Assembly: GCA_964631685.1 (NCBI GenBank)
Contig: CAZVZU010000001.1
Coordinates: 224,001-288,000, forward strand
Reading direction: 5' to 3'
DNA from: an uncultured Actinomycetes bacterium
GTDB taxonomy: Bacteria; SZUA-79; Acidulodesulfobacterales; Acidulodesulfobacteraceae
DNA: 64,000 bases
How positions within the stretch are numbered: position 1 is the stretch's first letter; each line of letters opens with the position of its first letter. This document shows positions 39,927 to 49,817 of this stretch, piece by piece. Position numbers and translations under genes: made by a program. The notes under the pieces were generated by a model, which saw only the letters and a program-made list of their open reading frames with translations, made no database searches and was not told the DNA's origin.

Positions 39927-41669
39927 TTAATCTTTATGTTTAAAGGAATATTCTTGCAATCCCTTAAGGAACGTCGTCCCTACCCTCTTAAATATTCCTA
40001 ATAAGCGCTTGTAGCTGGAATAATTCTTCAACGCATCAACCGACAGTCCGAAAACGTCATAACTGACAGAGCTGTTCTGGTTTACTATATGTATTTGATT
40101 TACAAGACTTAATTCATCATATGGAGAAGAAATGCTTTTTAGCATGAGATCCGTAGATTTCATATTGTCAACGCTTTTATTTATTTTTGCTATATCAAAA
40201 GGATTATTCAACGCAATACCAATTAGGCATTTGGCCTCTTGCATACCCTTTACGCAAAGGGTATGCAAGATATCTATTACATTGAATTCCTTGTTTATAT
40301 CGGCGGTAATATTATATTCAACATCAGTAAAACTATCAAGAAAAACGGTTATTTCGATGTCATGTACCATACCTATATTACCTTCATAAAAATACTCGAG
40401 TGCCAATTTCAAAATTCTAAGCCTTAAATCGTTAGGTGTAAGCATTCCCTTAACCGCTGGTAAAAAATCAATAAACCCATTTGAATCTAATCTTGAAATA
40501 TACGGTATCATGCCGCTATTTTTATATTTTAAAAGATATTTTGAATATGTTGATGGTTTTTTATCGAGTTCCATTGTCGCAATATCAAAGATATATTCAG
40601 GTTTAATAAGATCCTTGCACTCCGGATTTAAACATTTAACATTAAAATCACATGGAAAACAGTTTATGTCCGGAGTTATAAGCACTTTATTTTTAGCATA
40701 GGGTCCTGTTTCCATAAATCCGACATGTCCGGTATAGATAACAATAAGTTCAACCCCAAGGCTAACCCCTATATGCATTGTTCCCGTATCATGAGTAATA
40801 AGAAGCCTGCTAGCGCCTACCATATAGATTAATCCCGCAACCGATGTCTTTCCCGTGAGATTTATAAGCCTTTTATTTACAACTTTATTTTCTATATAAA
40901 GACCGTTATCTGCATCATATGGAGCACCAAGTAGAACTATTTTAATCTTGTTGTTGTAATTTAAAAGCATGAGCGCAAGCTCGGCAAAATAATCCATATG
41001 CCACTTCTTGGAAGGCATTGAAGCACCTATTGCAAATGATACCAGAATATCTCCATCATTTATGTCGTAATGTTCCAAATTATCCTGAAAATCTCTCAAT
41101 GCTTCCTTCTTGGCCGCGCTGTTTTCAATGTCCAATGTAATTTCGTTTACTCGGATATTACTTTTCTTGTTTTTCCCTATCCCGTCAAGGCATCTTTCAT
41201 AAATATCTACAAGATTTAAAACGCTCGCCTTCCTGTTTTTTACGGCAGAAAATATATATGCGATCATTTCATCGTTAGAAACAATGGAACCCTCACGAGT
41301 TATGGAAATACCCACGTTTTTTTTAGAATTTAAGATGTATAAGAAATATACACTAAACTCATCATGCGATAGATTAATTGCAATGTCATAGACCGAGTCC
41401 TTAATCCCGCTAAACATATCATTGGCTGCATTATAAACAGCGCTGTTAAACTCAAAGTTAGAAGACTTCAACATATCTGATAGACCTTTTAAGTCAATAT
41501 ATTTAACCTCGTCGATATCTTGCAAAAAGGGGGTTATTTCAGAAAATTCGGTTGAAACAAGGAGCGTAACATGGCTAATTGGATAAAGAAGCTTAATTTT
41601 CTTAAAAAGGGCGGTTGATTGTATTATATCGCCCATCCTTGTGAGGTTAAGTATTAAGATATTTTTCAT
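39927..41669 (-). CDS. Glycosyltransferase family 9 (heptosyltransferase-like)
   Basis: NLTRMGDIIQS, GAS...K.W, NLTGKTS, THDTGTMH, ETGPY, CFPC...C...C. Confidence 0.88.
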   Translation of the reverse strand: MKNILILNLTRMGDIIQSTALFKKIKLLYPISHVTLLVSTEFSEITPFLQDIDEVKYIDLKGLSDMLKSSNFEFNSAVYNAANDMFSGIKDSVYDIAINLSHDEFSVYFLYILNSKKNVGISITREGSIVSNDEMIAYIFSAVKNRKASVLNLVDIYERCLDGIGKNKKSNIRVNEITLDIENSAAKKEALRDFQDNLEHYDINDGDILVSFAIGASMPSKKWHMDYFAELALMLLNYNNKIKIVLLGAPYDADNGLYIENKVVNKRLINLTGKTSVAGLIYMVGASRLLITHDTGTMHIGVSLGVELIVIYTGHVGFMETGPYAKNKVLITPDINCFPCDFNVKCLNPECKDLIKPEYIFDIATMELDKKPSTYSKYLLKYKNSGMIPYISRLDSNGFIDFLPAVKGMLTPNDLRLRILKLALEYFYEGNIGMVHDIEITVFLDSFTDVEYNITADINKEFNVIDILHTLCVKGMQEAKCLIGIALNNPFDIAKINKSVDNMKSTDLMLKSISSPYDELSLVNQIHIVNQNSSVSYDVFGLSVDALKNYSSYKRLLGIFKRVGTTFLKGLQEYSFKHKD

Positions 41670-41672
41670 AAG

Positions 41673-43571
41673 TTAATCTATTTTTGCCAATTTGGACTTT
41701 ACGGACCATAGCATAAGTATCATAGCTTCCGTCTTAGAAAGCCTCCCCTTGCCGTTTTTAATTTTGTTAACTATATCCATAATAGAGATCCTTCCTTTGT
41801 TCGTAAAGTCCAAAAGCAGGTTGTGAAGTTCCGCGTTATTTTCGGTTTCTTTAAGGAGTTTTAACATATTTTCACGCCTTGAAAAAAATTTCTGCTTAAT
41901 AGCGTCATAAGAATTTAAAAGTATTATATTCATCATCTCTGACACCCTTTGTTCATATGTATGTTCATTTCTAACGGTTTTATACCCATGCTCGGCAATA
42001 GCAGTTCTTTCATCTTCGTTCTTAAGATAGTATCTTAGCTTTTTTCTTAAATCATCTACGCTTTTAAAGACCACAAGGTCTTTCCCGTCTTCAAAAGCAC
42101 CATTTAAATATTTGCGCTCATCAACAAGCTGAAATCCTCCGCAACCTAAAATTTCATACACACGCGGGTTTAAAAAATCGCCGTTTGCATTAATATCCCA
42201 ATGCCACATAGATGAATGAAGGTTTATGTTTATTGTAGAATAATTATATATTTTCACCACATCTTTCTCTGTAAAGCGCTTGCCGCCATTTTGCATTAAA
42301 GAACTTAACGGCATATCTACTAACCAGTCGTTGCCCCAAATTTTAAAATTAAAATCCATCAATCGAGCAAAAACATTTTTTCTGTTAAAATAACCTGCAC
42401 CTGCAAAACTCACGTCGCTACCATATTTTTTTTCATCCTCGCTATTCCTTTCTGCGATTTTATTGTGCAATGCAGGTAAACAAGCAAGCGGAAGATAGTA
42501 AAAATTATTTAATCCTATATTTTTTAGTTCTTTAAAAAAATCATCTTTCTGTATTGTAAAAAAATAGTCGACATGCTTTGCAATGCTATTCCAGTATGTA
42601 AATGTGCGGAAATCTTCTACGAACCAATATGCCGTTTGTATCCCCATGCGCCTAAGCTTAGCAATAACCCTTTCGGTAACCGGAGACTGCGCCATAAAAA
42701 GCACCATATCCGGCGGTTCGTTAAGCACCGCCGACAGTAACGCTTCAGACATAAGATTTGCAAACATCTGTCTTAGTGAATTTATATGATCTTCATTTTG
42801 GGTAAAATTATCCAAATATTTGTAACCATCATAAAATTTAGCAAAGTCCATAGTCTTAGCATCATATCCGCAGTTTAAAAAAGCCTCACATATATAATTT
42901 CCTATTGTCGAAGAACCTCCGTACATGGGCTGAACCACCAAAATACGAAAAGAAGAAGGGTTAAAAAATTGATTTATATTAAAAGTCTTATATATTAAAT
43001 CATAAATATCGGAAAAAATATTTTTATAAGAAGAGAGCTCACAAAATAGTAGGTCTGTTTCTTTAAGCATTAACCTTTCTTGCAGACGCGAGGTATCAGA
43101 TATATCTATTGTTTCTGTTTCAGGTACAAAAAGATCTATCTTATTGTTCAATAAATCTGCAATATCACAACTGTGCAGTATGAAATTAAGAGATTCTATA
43201 GATGGTTCGAATACGGAAATTTTCATAGGATTACTCTCAGCATGCAAATCTATTTTTCCAAGCCGGTTTTCAAGTAATTTTATCAACTCCCTTATATGGT
43301 AACCGAAGCCTAAACCGAAAATAATAATCCTTCTATTCTCATCGCGCAACCTATCCGATATAGACATTGCCCATTTTTTTCCCTCAGAGATGGGATTATA
43401 TAAAGAATGTACGGTTATTCCGTTAATTTTGAAAGAGGGGATGCTATCTACCTTTAACGCTATAGATTCAAAGTTTAAATTTAATCCGGACAAACTGGGA
43501 GACAAAAGCCTTTTAAAAAGTATCGGATCTATTTTTTTTACCACTGCTATATTTTTTTCAAAATAATCCAT
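41673..43571 (-). CDS. Maf-like N-terminus fused to a CgeB-family glycosyltransferase
   Basis: HSLYNP..E, IFGLGFGYH, VFEP (Maf-like); PMYGGS, WFVEDF, YLPLA, FAGAGY.NR, INLHSS, NPRVYEI..CGGFQLVD. Confidence 0.8.
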   Translation of the reverse strand: MDYFEKNIAVVKKIDPILFKRLLSPSLSGLNLNFESIALKVDSIPSFKINGITVHSLYNPISEGKKWAMSISDRLRDENRRIIIFGLGFGYHIRELIKLLENRLGKIDLHAESNPMKISVFEPSIESLNFILHSCDIADLLNNKIDLFVPETETIDISDTSRLQERLMLKETDLLFCELSSYKNIFSDIYDLIYKTFNINQFFNPSSFRILVVQPMYGGSSTIGNYICEAFLNCGYDAKTMDFAKFYDGYKYLDNFTQNEDHINSLRQMFANLMSEALLSAVLNEPPDMVLFMAQSPVTERVIAKLRRMGIQTAYWFVEDFRTFTYWNSIAKHVDYFFTIQKDDFFKELKNIGLNNFYYLPLACLPALHNKIAERNSEDEKKYGSDVSFAGAGYFNRKNVFARLMDFNFKIWGNDWLVDMPLSSLMQNGGKRFTEKDVVKIYNYSTININLHSSMWHWDINANGDFLNPRVYEILGCGGFQLVDERKYLNGAFEDGKDLVVFKSVDDLRKKLRYYLKNEDERTAIAEHGYKTVRNEHTYEQRVSEMMNIILLNSYDAIKQKFFSRRENMLKLLKETENNAELHNLLLDFTNKGRISIMDIVNKIKNGKGRLSKTEAMILMLWSVKSKLAKID

Positions 43572-43603
43572 GAAACCCTCTTTTTGTTTTAAGTACATAT
43601 CCT

Positions 43604-45310
43604 TTACAATTGCTTCAAAATACCTATGGCATTACCAAAAAGCAATATCATATCATCAAAGACATTTGTCGCAACATCAATATTTTTTGAATTTTCAAAA
43701 GTTACCTCGTTCACAAAATAATCTGATAAAAGTTTTAAATACCCATAATTATTTCCCAATAACTTAACAAATTCCTTAAATTTGCTAAAATATGACGCAT
43801 TACAGTTATTGTTCTGTATGAAGACTTGTTTGCCATTTTCAAAAACATTCCTAATAAATAACAATTCCGATATTAGCGTATTTACAATAACCCGATTTAT
43901 TTTATAATATCTTTTGCAACATTTCAAAATTTTATCGATATCCAATTCCACATTTTTTCTTGAAAATATATATATCCAACCAGGCTTCAGTACTTCAGAT
44001 GCCAAATCATTTTTACAAATCTCCTTTTTTGATAGAGGATAGTAATGGATAAAACCGACATGTTCGCAGAAACTCACATCAAAATTATTATTTCTTATCC
44101 TAACAGCAAGACTATTTTCGACAGAATCAGGTTCAGTGTCCCTATCCGACGACAATGGCTTCCTACTCCTTTTTATTGTTAACTTTGCCAATTCAAAAAC
44201 ATCATTCGGGTCTATATCCTTCTTGCACGCGAAATTAAATCTACAAGGCTCTTTTTCTATACAGGGATAACAATCAGCTTTTGAATATATAACGATTGAT
44301 TTTCTTAAATGTGGTCCTGTTTCATAAAAATTGGCATTTCCAATAAAGATAGAAACGGATGGAATATTAAAAATTTGAGCTATGTGAAGCGTACCCGTAT
44401 CCGATGAGATTATAAGATCGAAATTCTTTATTGCATGAATAAATTCATTTAAAGATGTTTTTCCTGTTATATCTATTAGATGTTTTGAAATTTTAGCGGG
44501 AAGATAATTTTTAATTTCTGCGGTAACGTTTATATCATTTGTTGCACCAACAAGGGTAATCTCACAACCTAAATTTTCAATTAAAAGCTCAATAAGCTTA
44601 GCATAGGAACTAATATTCCATATCCTTTTTTCGGATGACGCTCCAGTCGAAATGCAAACTCTAATTTTATCGTAATTTCTATTAATATATTTAATACCGG
44701 TAGCTATCTTATGATCTTCAATGTCCTGATTTGTCCTTGAATCTAAAAAATGGTAACTATCTTTTAATTTTGCCGGCATATTTAATCCCATTAATGAAAA
44801 AATATCCACTATATTGATCGTATTCAAGCTACGATTTTTAACGGAATTAAAAAAATAATTGGCAATACCTTTTCGTAAAACAGCCGTGGATGTTTTGGAT
44901 GATTTATTAAGAGACATAAAACCTTTTTTTTCGGCTCTCTCAAAAAAATCGAGCAAAAGACTAGTGCGAATATCATAATTAAGATTCACCACTAAATCAT
45001 ATTGCATTGAAAATGCGGCAAGATAAGATTTGAAGTAGTTCAGGAAAACAAAAAAATCAGAGGGATCAAGATCGCGTAAAAAAAAAGGATCACCGTCACA
45101 ACCTCCGGAAACTAATTCTCTAAAGGTTATAAGATTTATATTTTTATTAAATAAATCCCTTATGCCGGATATACTATCATCTACTAGTACATCTAATCTT
45201 CCGCCGGACTCAGCGCATAATTCATATAGGCTGTTTAACAACGGAATAGACTGAAAAAAATCCCCAATCCTTCTTACTTGAAAAACAAATATATTTTTGA
45301 TAACCATCAA
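43604..45310 (-). CDS. Glycosyltransferase family 9 (heptosyltransferase-like)
   Basis: RRIGDFFQS.P, GASSEKR.W, GKTS, SSDTGTLH, ETGP, CYPC. Confidence 0.85.
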   Translation of the reverse strand: MMVIKNIFVFQVRRIGDFFQSIPLLNSLYELCAESGGRLDVLVDDSISGIRDLFNKNINLITFRELVSGGCDGDPFFLRDLDPSDFFVFLNYFKSYLAAFSMQYDLVVNLNYDIRTSLLLDFFERAEKKGFMSLNKSSKTSTAVLRKGIANYFFNSVKNRSLNTINIVDIFSLMGLNMPAKLKDSYHFLDSRTNQDIEDHKIATGIKYINRNYDKIRVCISTGASSEKRIWNISSYAKLIELLIENLGCEITLVGATNDINVTAEIKNYLPAKISKHLIDITGKTSLNEFIHAIKNFDLIISSDTGTLHIAQIFNIPSVSIFIGNANFYETGPHLRKSIVIYSKADCYPCIEKEPCRFNFACKKDIDPNDVFELAKLTIKRSRKPLSSDRDTEPDSVENSLAVRIRNNNFDVSFCEHVGFIHYYPLSKKEICKNDLASEVLKPGWIYIFSRKNVELDIDKILKCCKRYYKINRVIVNTLISELLFIRNVFENGKQVFIQNNNCNASYFSKFKEFVKLLGNNYGYLKLLSDYFVNEVTFENSKNIDVATNVFDDMILLFGNAIGILKQL

Positions 45311-45315
45311 TCAAA

Positions 45316-45741
45316 CTAAGCCGTAATTCTAGAGTCAACATCAAAAGAAGTCTCCGCAGATACGTTTTTCTTTCTTTCTTTTTCTATTATAACCCTCCAA
45401 CCGCTTAAAAGATTTTTGAGTATAATAACGGATTCGTCCAACTTATATGCATCTTTCTTTAAATTAGCCGTGGTTAAATGATATGATAGAAAGGTGTAAA
45501 GTTTATTGAGATTTTTAGCCGTTTCGCCGCCTTTTTTCATATCAAGCCTTAGATTAAGCTCATTAATTATAGCAACAGCATTAGATATATTTATAGATTT
45601 TCCAGCATAATCACCTTGGGCAAGCTTTTCTTGAGCTATTTCGATAAAGCTTATTGCCCCTTCATAAGCCATAATAATAAGAGTTCCTTGATCTACCGTA
45701 GAAACCTGGACACTTTCATATTGAGATGCTCCACCTATCAT
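45316..45741 (-). CDS. fliS: Flagellin export chaperone FliS
   Basis: LIIMAYEGAI, AII.EL...LD..KGGE.A.NL..LY. Confidence 0.93.
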   Translation of the reverse strand: MIGGASQYESVQVSTVDQGTLIIMAYEGAISFIEIAQEKLAQGDYAGKSINISNAVAIINELNLRLDMKKGGETAKNLNKLYTFLSYHLTTANLKKDAYKLDESVIILKNLLSGWRVIIEKERKKNVSAETSFDVDSRITA

Positions 45742-45779
45742 AACAAGTCTAACCTCCGTAAAAAATTATTTTTAGAATA

Positions 45780-47564
45780 TCACCATGTAGGTAACTGTTT
45801 TATTGAATTAGCCAACGATGAACTAGTACTTTTCATCTTTCCTATATACGATTCCAATTGTGAAAATTCTTGCGTGTATACCCCCATTTGTCGCTTTACC
45901 AAAGATTGCTGAAGCGATATCTGGCTATTCATATTAGTAAGCTGCGTATTAATTTGTGACTCCTCGAATTGAACAATTCCATCTGCCGGATTAGTATAAG
46001 TGTCTAAAAAATTAGACAAACCACCCGGTCCGGAAACACCGTTTGCGCTTGAAGAACCATTCACCAATGCACTGAAAAATTGCTGTACTTGTTGAGGGTT
46101 AGTATTTAGCACATTATTCAAAGTAGAATCGTCAAGCGTAAGCTGTCCAGATCCATCAGAATTGGACGTTATTCCGTATGTACTTGCAAGTCCACTGCTC
46201 CCCGACAATGTCGGAGCTTCATTACCCATAAGGCTATATAAAGAATCGGCGAGACTCCTAAGCGAAGCATTGCTTCCTAATGGACCAACAGATTTTGTTT
46301 TTGAATCATATTTTTCTTGAGATGATACATCACCTATAAGCTTATTGTATGCGGTTACAAAACTATTTACCGACGAATCTATAGTCTGCGTATCTATACC
46401 CACCGCTATGGAAGCCGAACCAACGGATAATAAATTCAAGGTAACACCGGGAATAGCATCAGTAACCGTATTAGTCTGGCTTGTGATATAAGTATTTCCA
46501 TAATCTATGACTGCATTCTGTGCTGTACGCATTGTAGGATTAAACACATCCATAGAAAAAGAATCTCCCGCGGTTAAAGTCTGTCCATTTGTCACGGAAA
46601 GCTCAATTCCATTGTTTGTCGAGTTAGAGACGGTTGAACCATCAATATAGTAAGGAGTCGTGCCTGTTTCTGATGATGGAATAGTAAAACTTCCGCTTAG
46701 ACCGGAAGCGCTTGACCAGTTTATAGAAATCGCATTCGTCCCCACTGTTTGAGTTCCGGTACCACCAACAGTAAATGTGTACGTTTGGCTTAGTGTGCCA
46801 GTGTAAGTCCCTGTAGCTGTTGGAATGGTATCTGTAGAATTAACGGGATTGCCTGAATTCCAGTAAGTGGGGTTCATCACCGTTGTATTTAAATTAAGAT
46901 TAGCTGTTCCTCCCGAAAGAGTATTATTGATAGTAATAGCACTATTTGTTCCCGTAGTACTACTGGTCAAGACAAGCCTATATGGGTTATTAGAACTACC
47001 ATCGCTGATAATTGCAGCGCTTACTCCAGCATTTGCATTATTTACCGTTTGCGCAAGATCCTGAAGCGTGTATCCCGTGGTAGAATCCAACACAACATTG
47101 GTCGTCGTGCCGTTAACTGTAATACCAAAAGTACCAGTACCATTTCCCACTGTAGTCGAAGTAGACGCAATTCCTTGAGAAGCGACCTCTGCCGATTGCG
47201 CAAGTTGCGAAACAGCAAAAGAGTAGTTTCCGGGAATAGCTGAAGATGAAGCCGTCGCGGTGGCAACCGATGTATTATTAGATGTAGCGGTATATGTTGT
47301 GAATAGCGAAGGCTGACCCAGCGCCGTCGTGGCAGAACCTAAACTTGTAATATCGGAGCTTATAGCATTCCACGCAGAAAGTCTATTATTTAAAGGGGTC
47401 TCTTGTTGCTGCATCAGAGTTATAGGCATGGATAAACTCTTGTCCAGAGCCTCAAGTATCGCCTCATAGTTAATTCCAGAGGACGGACCTGTACCTAATA
47501 CTATCAGTCCTTGATTTGGATACGAACCCGCAATTAAAGAACTACTCGCAGAAGATATTGACAT
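45780..47564 (-). CDS. fliD: Flagellar filament cap FliD
   Basis: SGI...I.AL, VSQLAQ, YRLVLTS..TG, AQNA, NTVTDAIPGVTLNL, FVTAYN, QEFSQLE. Confidence 0.93.
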   Translation of the reverse strand: MSISSASSSLIAGSYPNQGLIVLGTGPSSGINYEAILEALDKSLSMPITLMQQQETPLNNRLSAWNAISSDITSLGSATTALGQPSLFTTYTATSNNTSVATATASSSAIPGNYSFAVSQLAQSAEVASQGIASTSTTVGNGTGTFGITVNGTTTNVVLDSTTGYTLQDLAQTVNNANAGVSAAIISDGSSNNPYRLVLTSSTTGTNSAITINNTLSGGTANLNLNTTVMNPTYWNSGNPVNSTDTIPTATGTYTGTLSQTYTFTVGGTGTQTVGTNAISINWSSASGLSGSFTIPSSETGTTPYYIDGSTVSNSTNNGIELSVTNGQTLTAGDSFSMDVFNPTMRTAQNAVIDYGNTYITSQTNTVTDAIPGVTLNLLSVGSASIAVGIDTQTIDSSVNSFVTAYNKLIGDVSSQEKYDSKTKSVGPLGSNASLRSLADSLYSLMGNEAPTLSGSSGLASTYGITSNSDGSGQLTLDDSTLNNVLNTNPQQVQQFFSALVNGSSSANGVSGPGGLSNFLDTYTNPADGIVQFEESQINTQLTNMNSQISLQQSLVKRQMGVYTQEFSQLESYIGKMKSTSSSLANSIKQLPTW

Positions 47565-47602
47565 TTTATGCTACTCCTAAAATTATATATAGCTTATCAA
47601 AT

Positions 47603-48019
47603 TTACAACTTTTTACTATAAAGCATACCTTTGTGATAATTAGGCATTATTTCTAAAACCTGCTCCGGGGGAACCTGTGCGATAACCTTTCCCGTTTTAA
47701 AATCAACTATATCTAAGACCGTGCCACCTACCTTATAATTCCACTTAAACAACATAGCTACGGAAAGCATTGGGGCAGGATTAATATCCGCTCTTATTTG
47801 CTTTTTTAAATCTTTTACTTCTTTTGCAGCGCTTTTTGTTATCTTATCCACAGAAGTCCGAGACATTCCATGTTCTTTGGTGATATCATCATTCTTAATT
47901 ATTTTAATGCCATTATTATCCTTAGTAGCATTAACCGAGCCCCTAAAATTACCAAACCTACCCGTGTTGCCCATCTTTTGTAAACTCAAAAAGCCCAAAT
48001 TCAAAGACGGCTGACTCAT
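47603..48019 (-). CDS. flaG: FlaG-family flagellar protein
   Basis: IVD.KTGKVIAQVPPEQVL; lies between fliC and fliD. Confidence 0.8.
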   Translation of the reverse strand: MSQPSLNLGFLSLQKMGNTGRFGNFRGSVNATKDNNGIKIIKNDDITKEHGMSRTSVDKITKSAAKEVKDLKKQIRADINPAPMLSVAMLFKWNYKVGGTVLDIVDFKTGKVIAQVPPEQVLEIMPNYHKGMLYSKKL

Positions 48020-48052
48020 AGTAACTTTCCCCTTATTTATCTACGCAACCTC

Positions 48053-48085
48053 AGCGGGAATAGAAATAATTATCCCCATCCCCGC
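48053..48085 (-). other. Stem-loop just 3' of flagellin (mRNA-stabilising or partial terminator)
   Basis: AGCGGGA...TCCCGCT inverted repeat with no strong U tract. Confidence 0.45.
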
Positions 48086-48105
48086 TTCAATTACATATTC
48101 ATATA

Positions 48106-48987
48106 TTACTTTAAAAGGGTCAAAAGTCCCTGCGGAACCATAGACGCCTGTGAAAGCATAGCTTCACCTGATTGAGCCAACGTAGAAAGTAGTGTGAAAT
48201 GAGACATTTCCTTTGCAAAGTTAACATCCATTATATTGCTGTACGCTGCCTGTGTATTAGTCCCTTCAGTCTGAAGGTTTGCCATGATCTGCGTAACCCT
48301 GTTCTGATAAGAACCTAGTTGTCCGCTAATAGCTGCAACCTGGGTAACAGCAGCCTGCACCGTAGAAAGAGCAATTAGTGCCGATCCACCAGTTAAGCTA
48401 ACAGATTGCAAAGATGTGGTAACTGCACCGCCACTTTGTAAGCCGATCAAATTTGCAGCAACACCAGCAATAGAAACAGAAATCTGGCTCTGCGTTGTAT
48501 TCGCACTAGTTCCAATCTGAAATGTAAAAGCACTCAGGGTTGCGGCTACTGTGCCTGCGGATGCATTCAAAAGATGCAATCCGTTGAACGAAGTAGAATC
48601 TGCTATCTGCGTAATTTCTGAAGCAAGCTGCGAAAACTCACTATTCAACGCACTCAAGTTGGCCGCGCTGTTAGTGCCGTTAGCAGCATTGGTAGCAAGA
48701 GTCTGCATAGTGCCAAGCATGCTTTGTATAGTTGATAACGCGCCAGAGGCAATGTTTATCATTGAATTACCGTTATTAGCATTCGATGAAGCCTGAGCAA
48801 TACCAAGGCCGGTAGCATTTAACCCCTGAGCTATCTCGTACCCTGCAGGATTAACCCATGCGCCGGTAATCTTTAAACCGCTGGAGAGCCTATTTAATGA
48901 CTCGCCAAGAGCATTGTTAGTGTTTTGAAGATTGTTTTCTGCAACAACTGCAGACTGGTTGGAATTAATAAATAAACCGTTGTACAT
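48106..48987 (-). CDS. fliC: Flagellin
   Basis: RLSSGLKI, NAANGT, EITQIA..TSFNG..LL, FQIG, LGSYQNR, DVNFAKEM; start MYNG follows GGAGG. Confidence 0.93.
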   Translation of the reverse strand: MYNGLFINSNQSAVVAENNLQNTNNALGESLNRLSSGLKITGAWVNPAGYEIAQGLNATGLGIAQASSNANNGNSMINIASGALSTIQSMLGTMQTLATNAANGTNSAANLSALNSEFSQLASEITQIADSTSFNGLHLLNASAGTVAATLSAFTFQIGTSANTTQSQISVSIAGVAANLIGLQSGGAVTTSLQSVSLTGGSALIALSTVQAAVTQVAAISGQLGSYQNRVTQIMANLQTEGTNTQAAYSNIMDVNFAKEMSHFTLLSTLAQSGEAMLSQASMVPQGLLTLLK

Positions 48988-48989
48988 TT

Positions 48990-49029
48990 TTTTATCCTCC
49001 GTGATAAAATTATTCCGGCTTCCGTGCCG
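48990..49029 (-). promoter_or_regulatory. Two CsrA-type GGA hairpins in the flagellin leader
   Basis: CGGC-ACGGAA-GCCG and TTTTATC-ACGGAG-GATAAAA; the second sequesters the SD. Confidence 0.7.
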
Positions 49030-49162
49030 AAAGTTGAATTTCAAAAATTAAGACTCTAAGAACGCGTATTACGAACCTAAGCAATCACCTCCCTTTGTTT
49101 TCATTAATAAACTATCATTCTCAAAAAAAACAATCGCCCTACACGTACCTTGTCTCTTTTAT

Positions 49163-49189
49163 TCATCGTCATTTTAAAATTAAACTTTA
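49163..49189 (-). promoter_or_regulatory. Sigma28 (FliA) promoter of flagellin
   Basis: TAAAGTTT-11 nt-GACGATGA versus consensus TAAAGTTT-N11-GCCGATAA. Confidence 0.8.
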
Positions 49190-49789
49190 ATTTTTCAACA
49201 AGCCCTTAACAAAAATTCCTATTTCTTCGGCAACACCATGTAACGATAAACCGTCAGTATAAATTATGATATCTGCTTTTTTATAAAATTTCTCACGCTC
49301 AAAAAGCCTATCTTCAATATCTTTTTCACTAAAACCATCTTTTCCTAATACCGGACGATTTTTTTCCGCTTTTATCCTTTGATATATAGTTTTGTTGCTG
49401 GTTTTGAGGTAGATCACAAAACCCATTTTTTTTAGTATCACGAGGTTGTTATTATAAATAGGCGCACCTCCACCGGTAGAAATCACCCATAACCTATCCT
49501 TCTCGTTAAATATCAAGTTATCCGATTTTTCGGTTACATCAACGAACTTTTTTAAGCAATCAAAAAAAACCCCTTCACTCTCTCCAAGTGTTTGTAAAAT
49601 ATTGCTTTCTAACTCTCTAAAATAGGTCTCACCTTTTTGTTTAAATATTTCGTTAATGGTTACGCCTTCATGACTTTCTAAGACAAAATCCAGATCTATA
49701 AAATTAAAACCGTGTTTCTTCGATAGAAGCTTGCCTATTTCAGTTTTACCAGCCCCCATAAATCCTGTCAGTATTATATTATTTTTCAT
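49187..49789 (-). CDS. aroK: Shikimate kinase
   Basis: NIILTGFMGAGKT, GE.YFR.LE, STGGG, RPVL. Confidence 0.93.
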   Translation of the reverse strand: MKNNIILTGFMGAGKTEIGKLLSKKHGFNFIDLDFVLESHEGVTINEIFKQKGETYFRELESNILQTLGESEGVFFDCLKKFVDVTEKSDNLIFNEKDRLWVISTGGGAPIYNNNLVILKKMGFVIYLKTSNKTIYQRIKAEKNRPVLGKDGFSEKDIEDRLFEREKFYKKADIIIYTDGLSLHGVAEEIGIFVKGLLKN

Positions 49790-49817
49790 TTATATATACT
49801 TTTTTCACCTCTAATTA

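Noticed and set aside
48988..49044. N-terminal extension of flagellin to 312 aa
   Set aside because: The SD and CsrA hairpins indicate the start is the ATG at 48987
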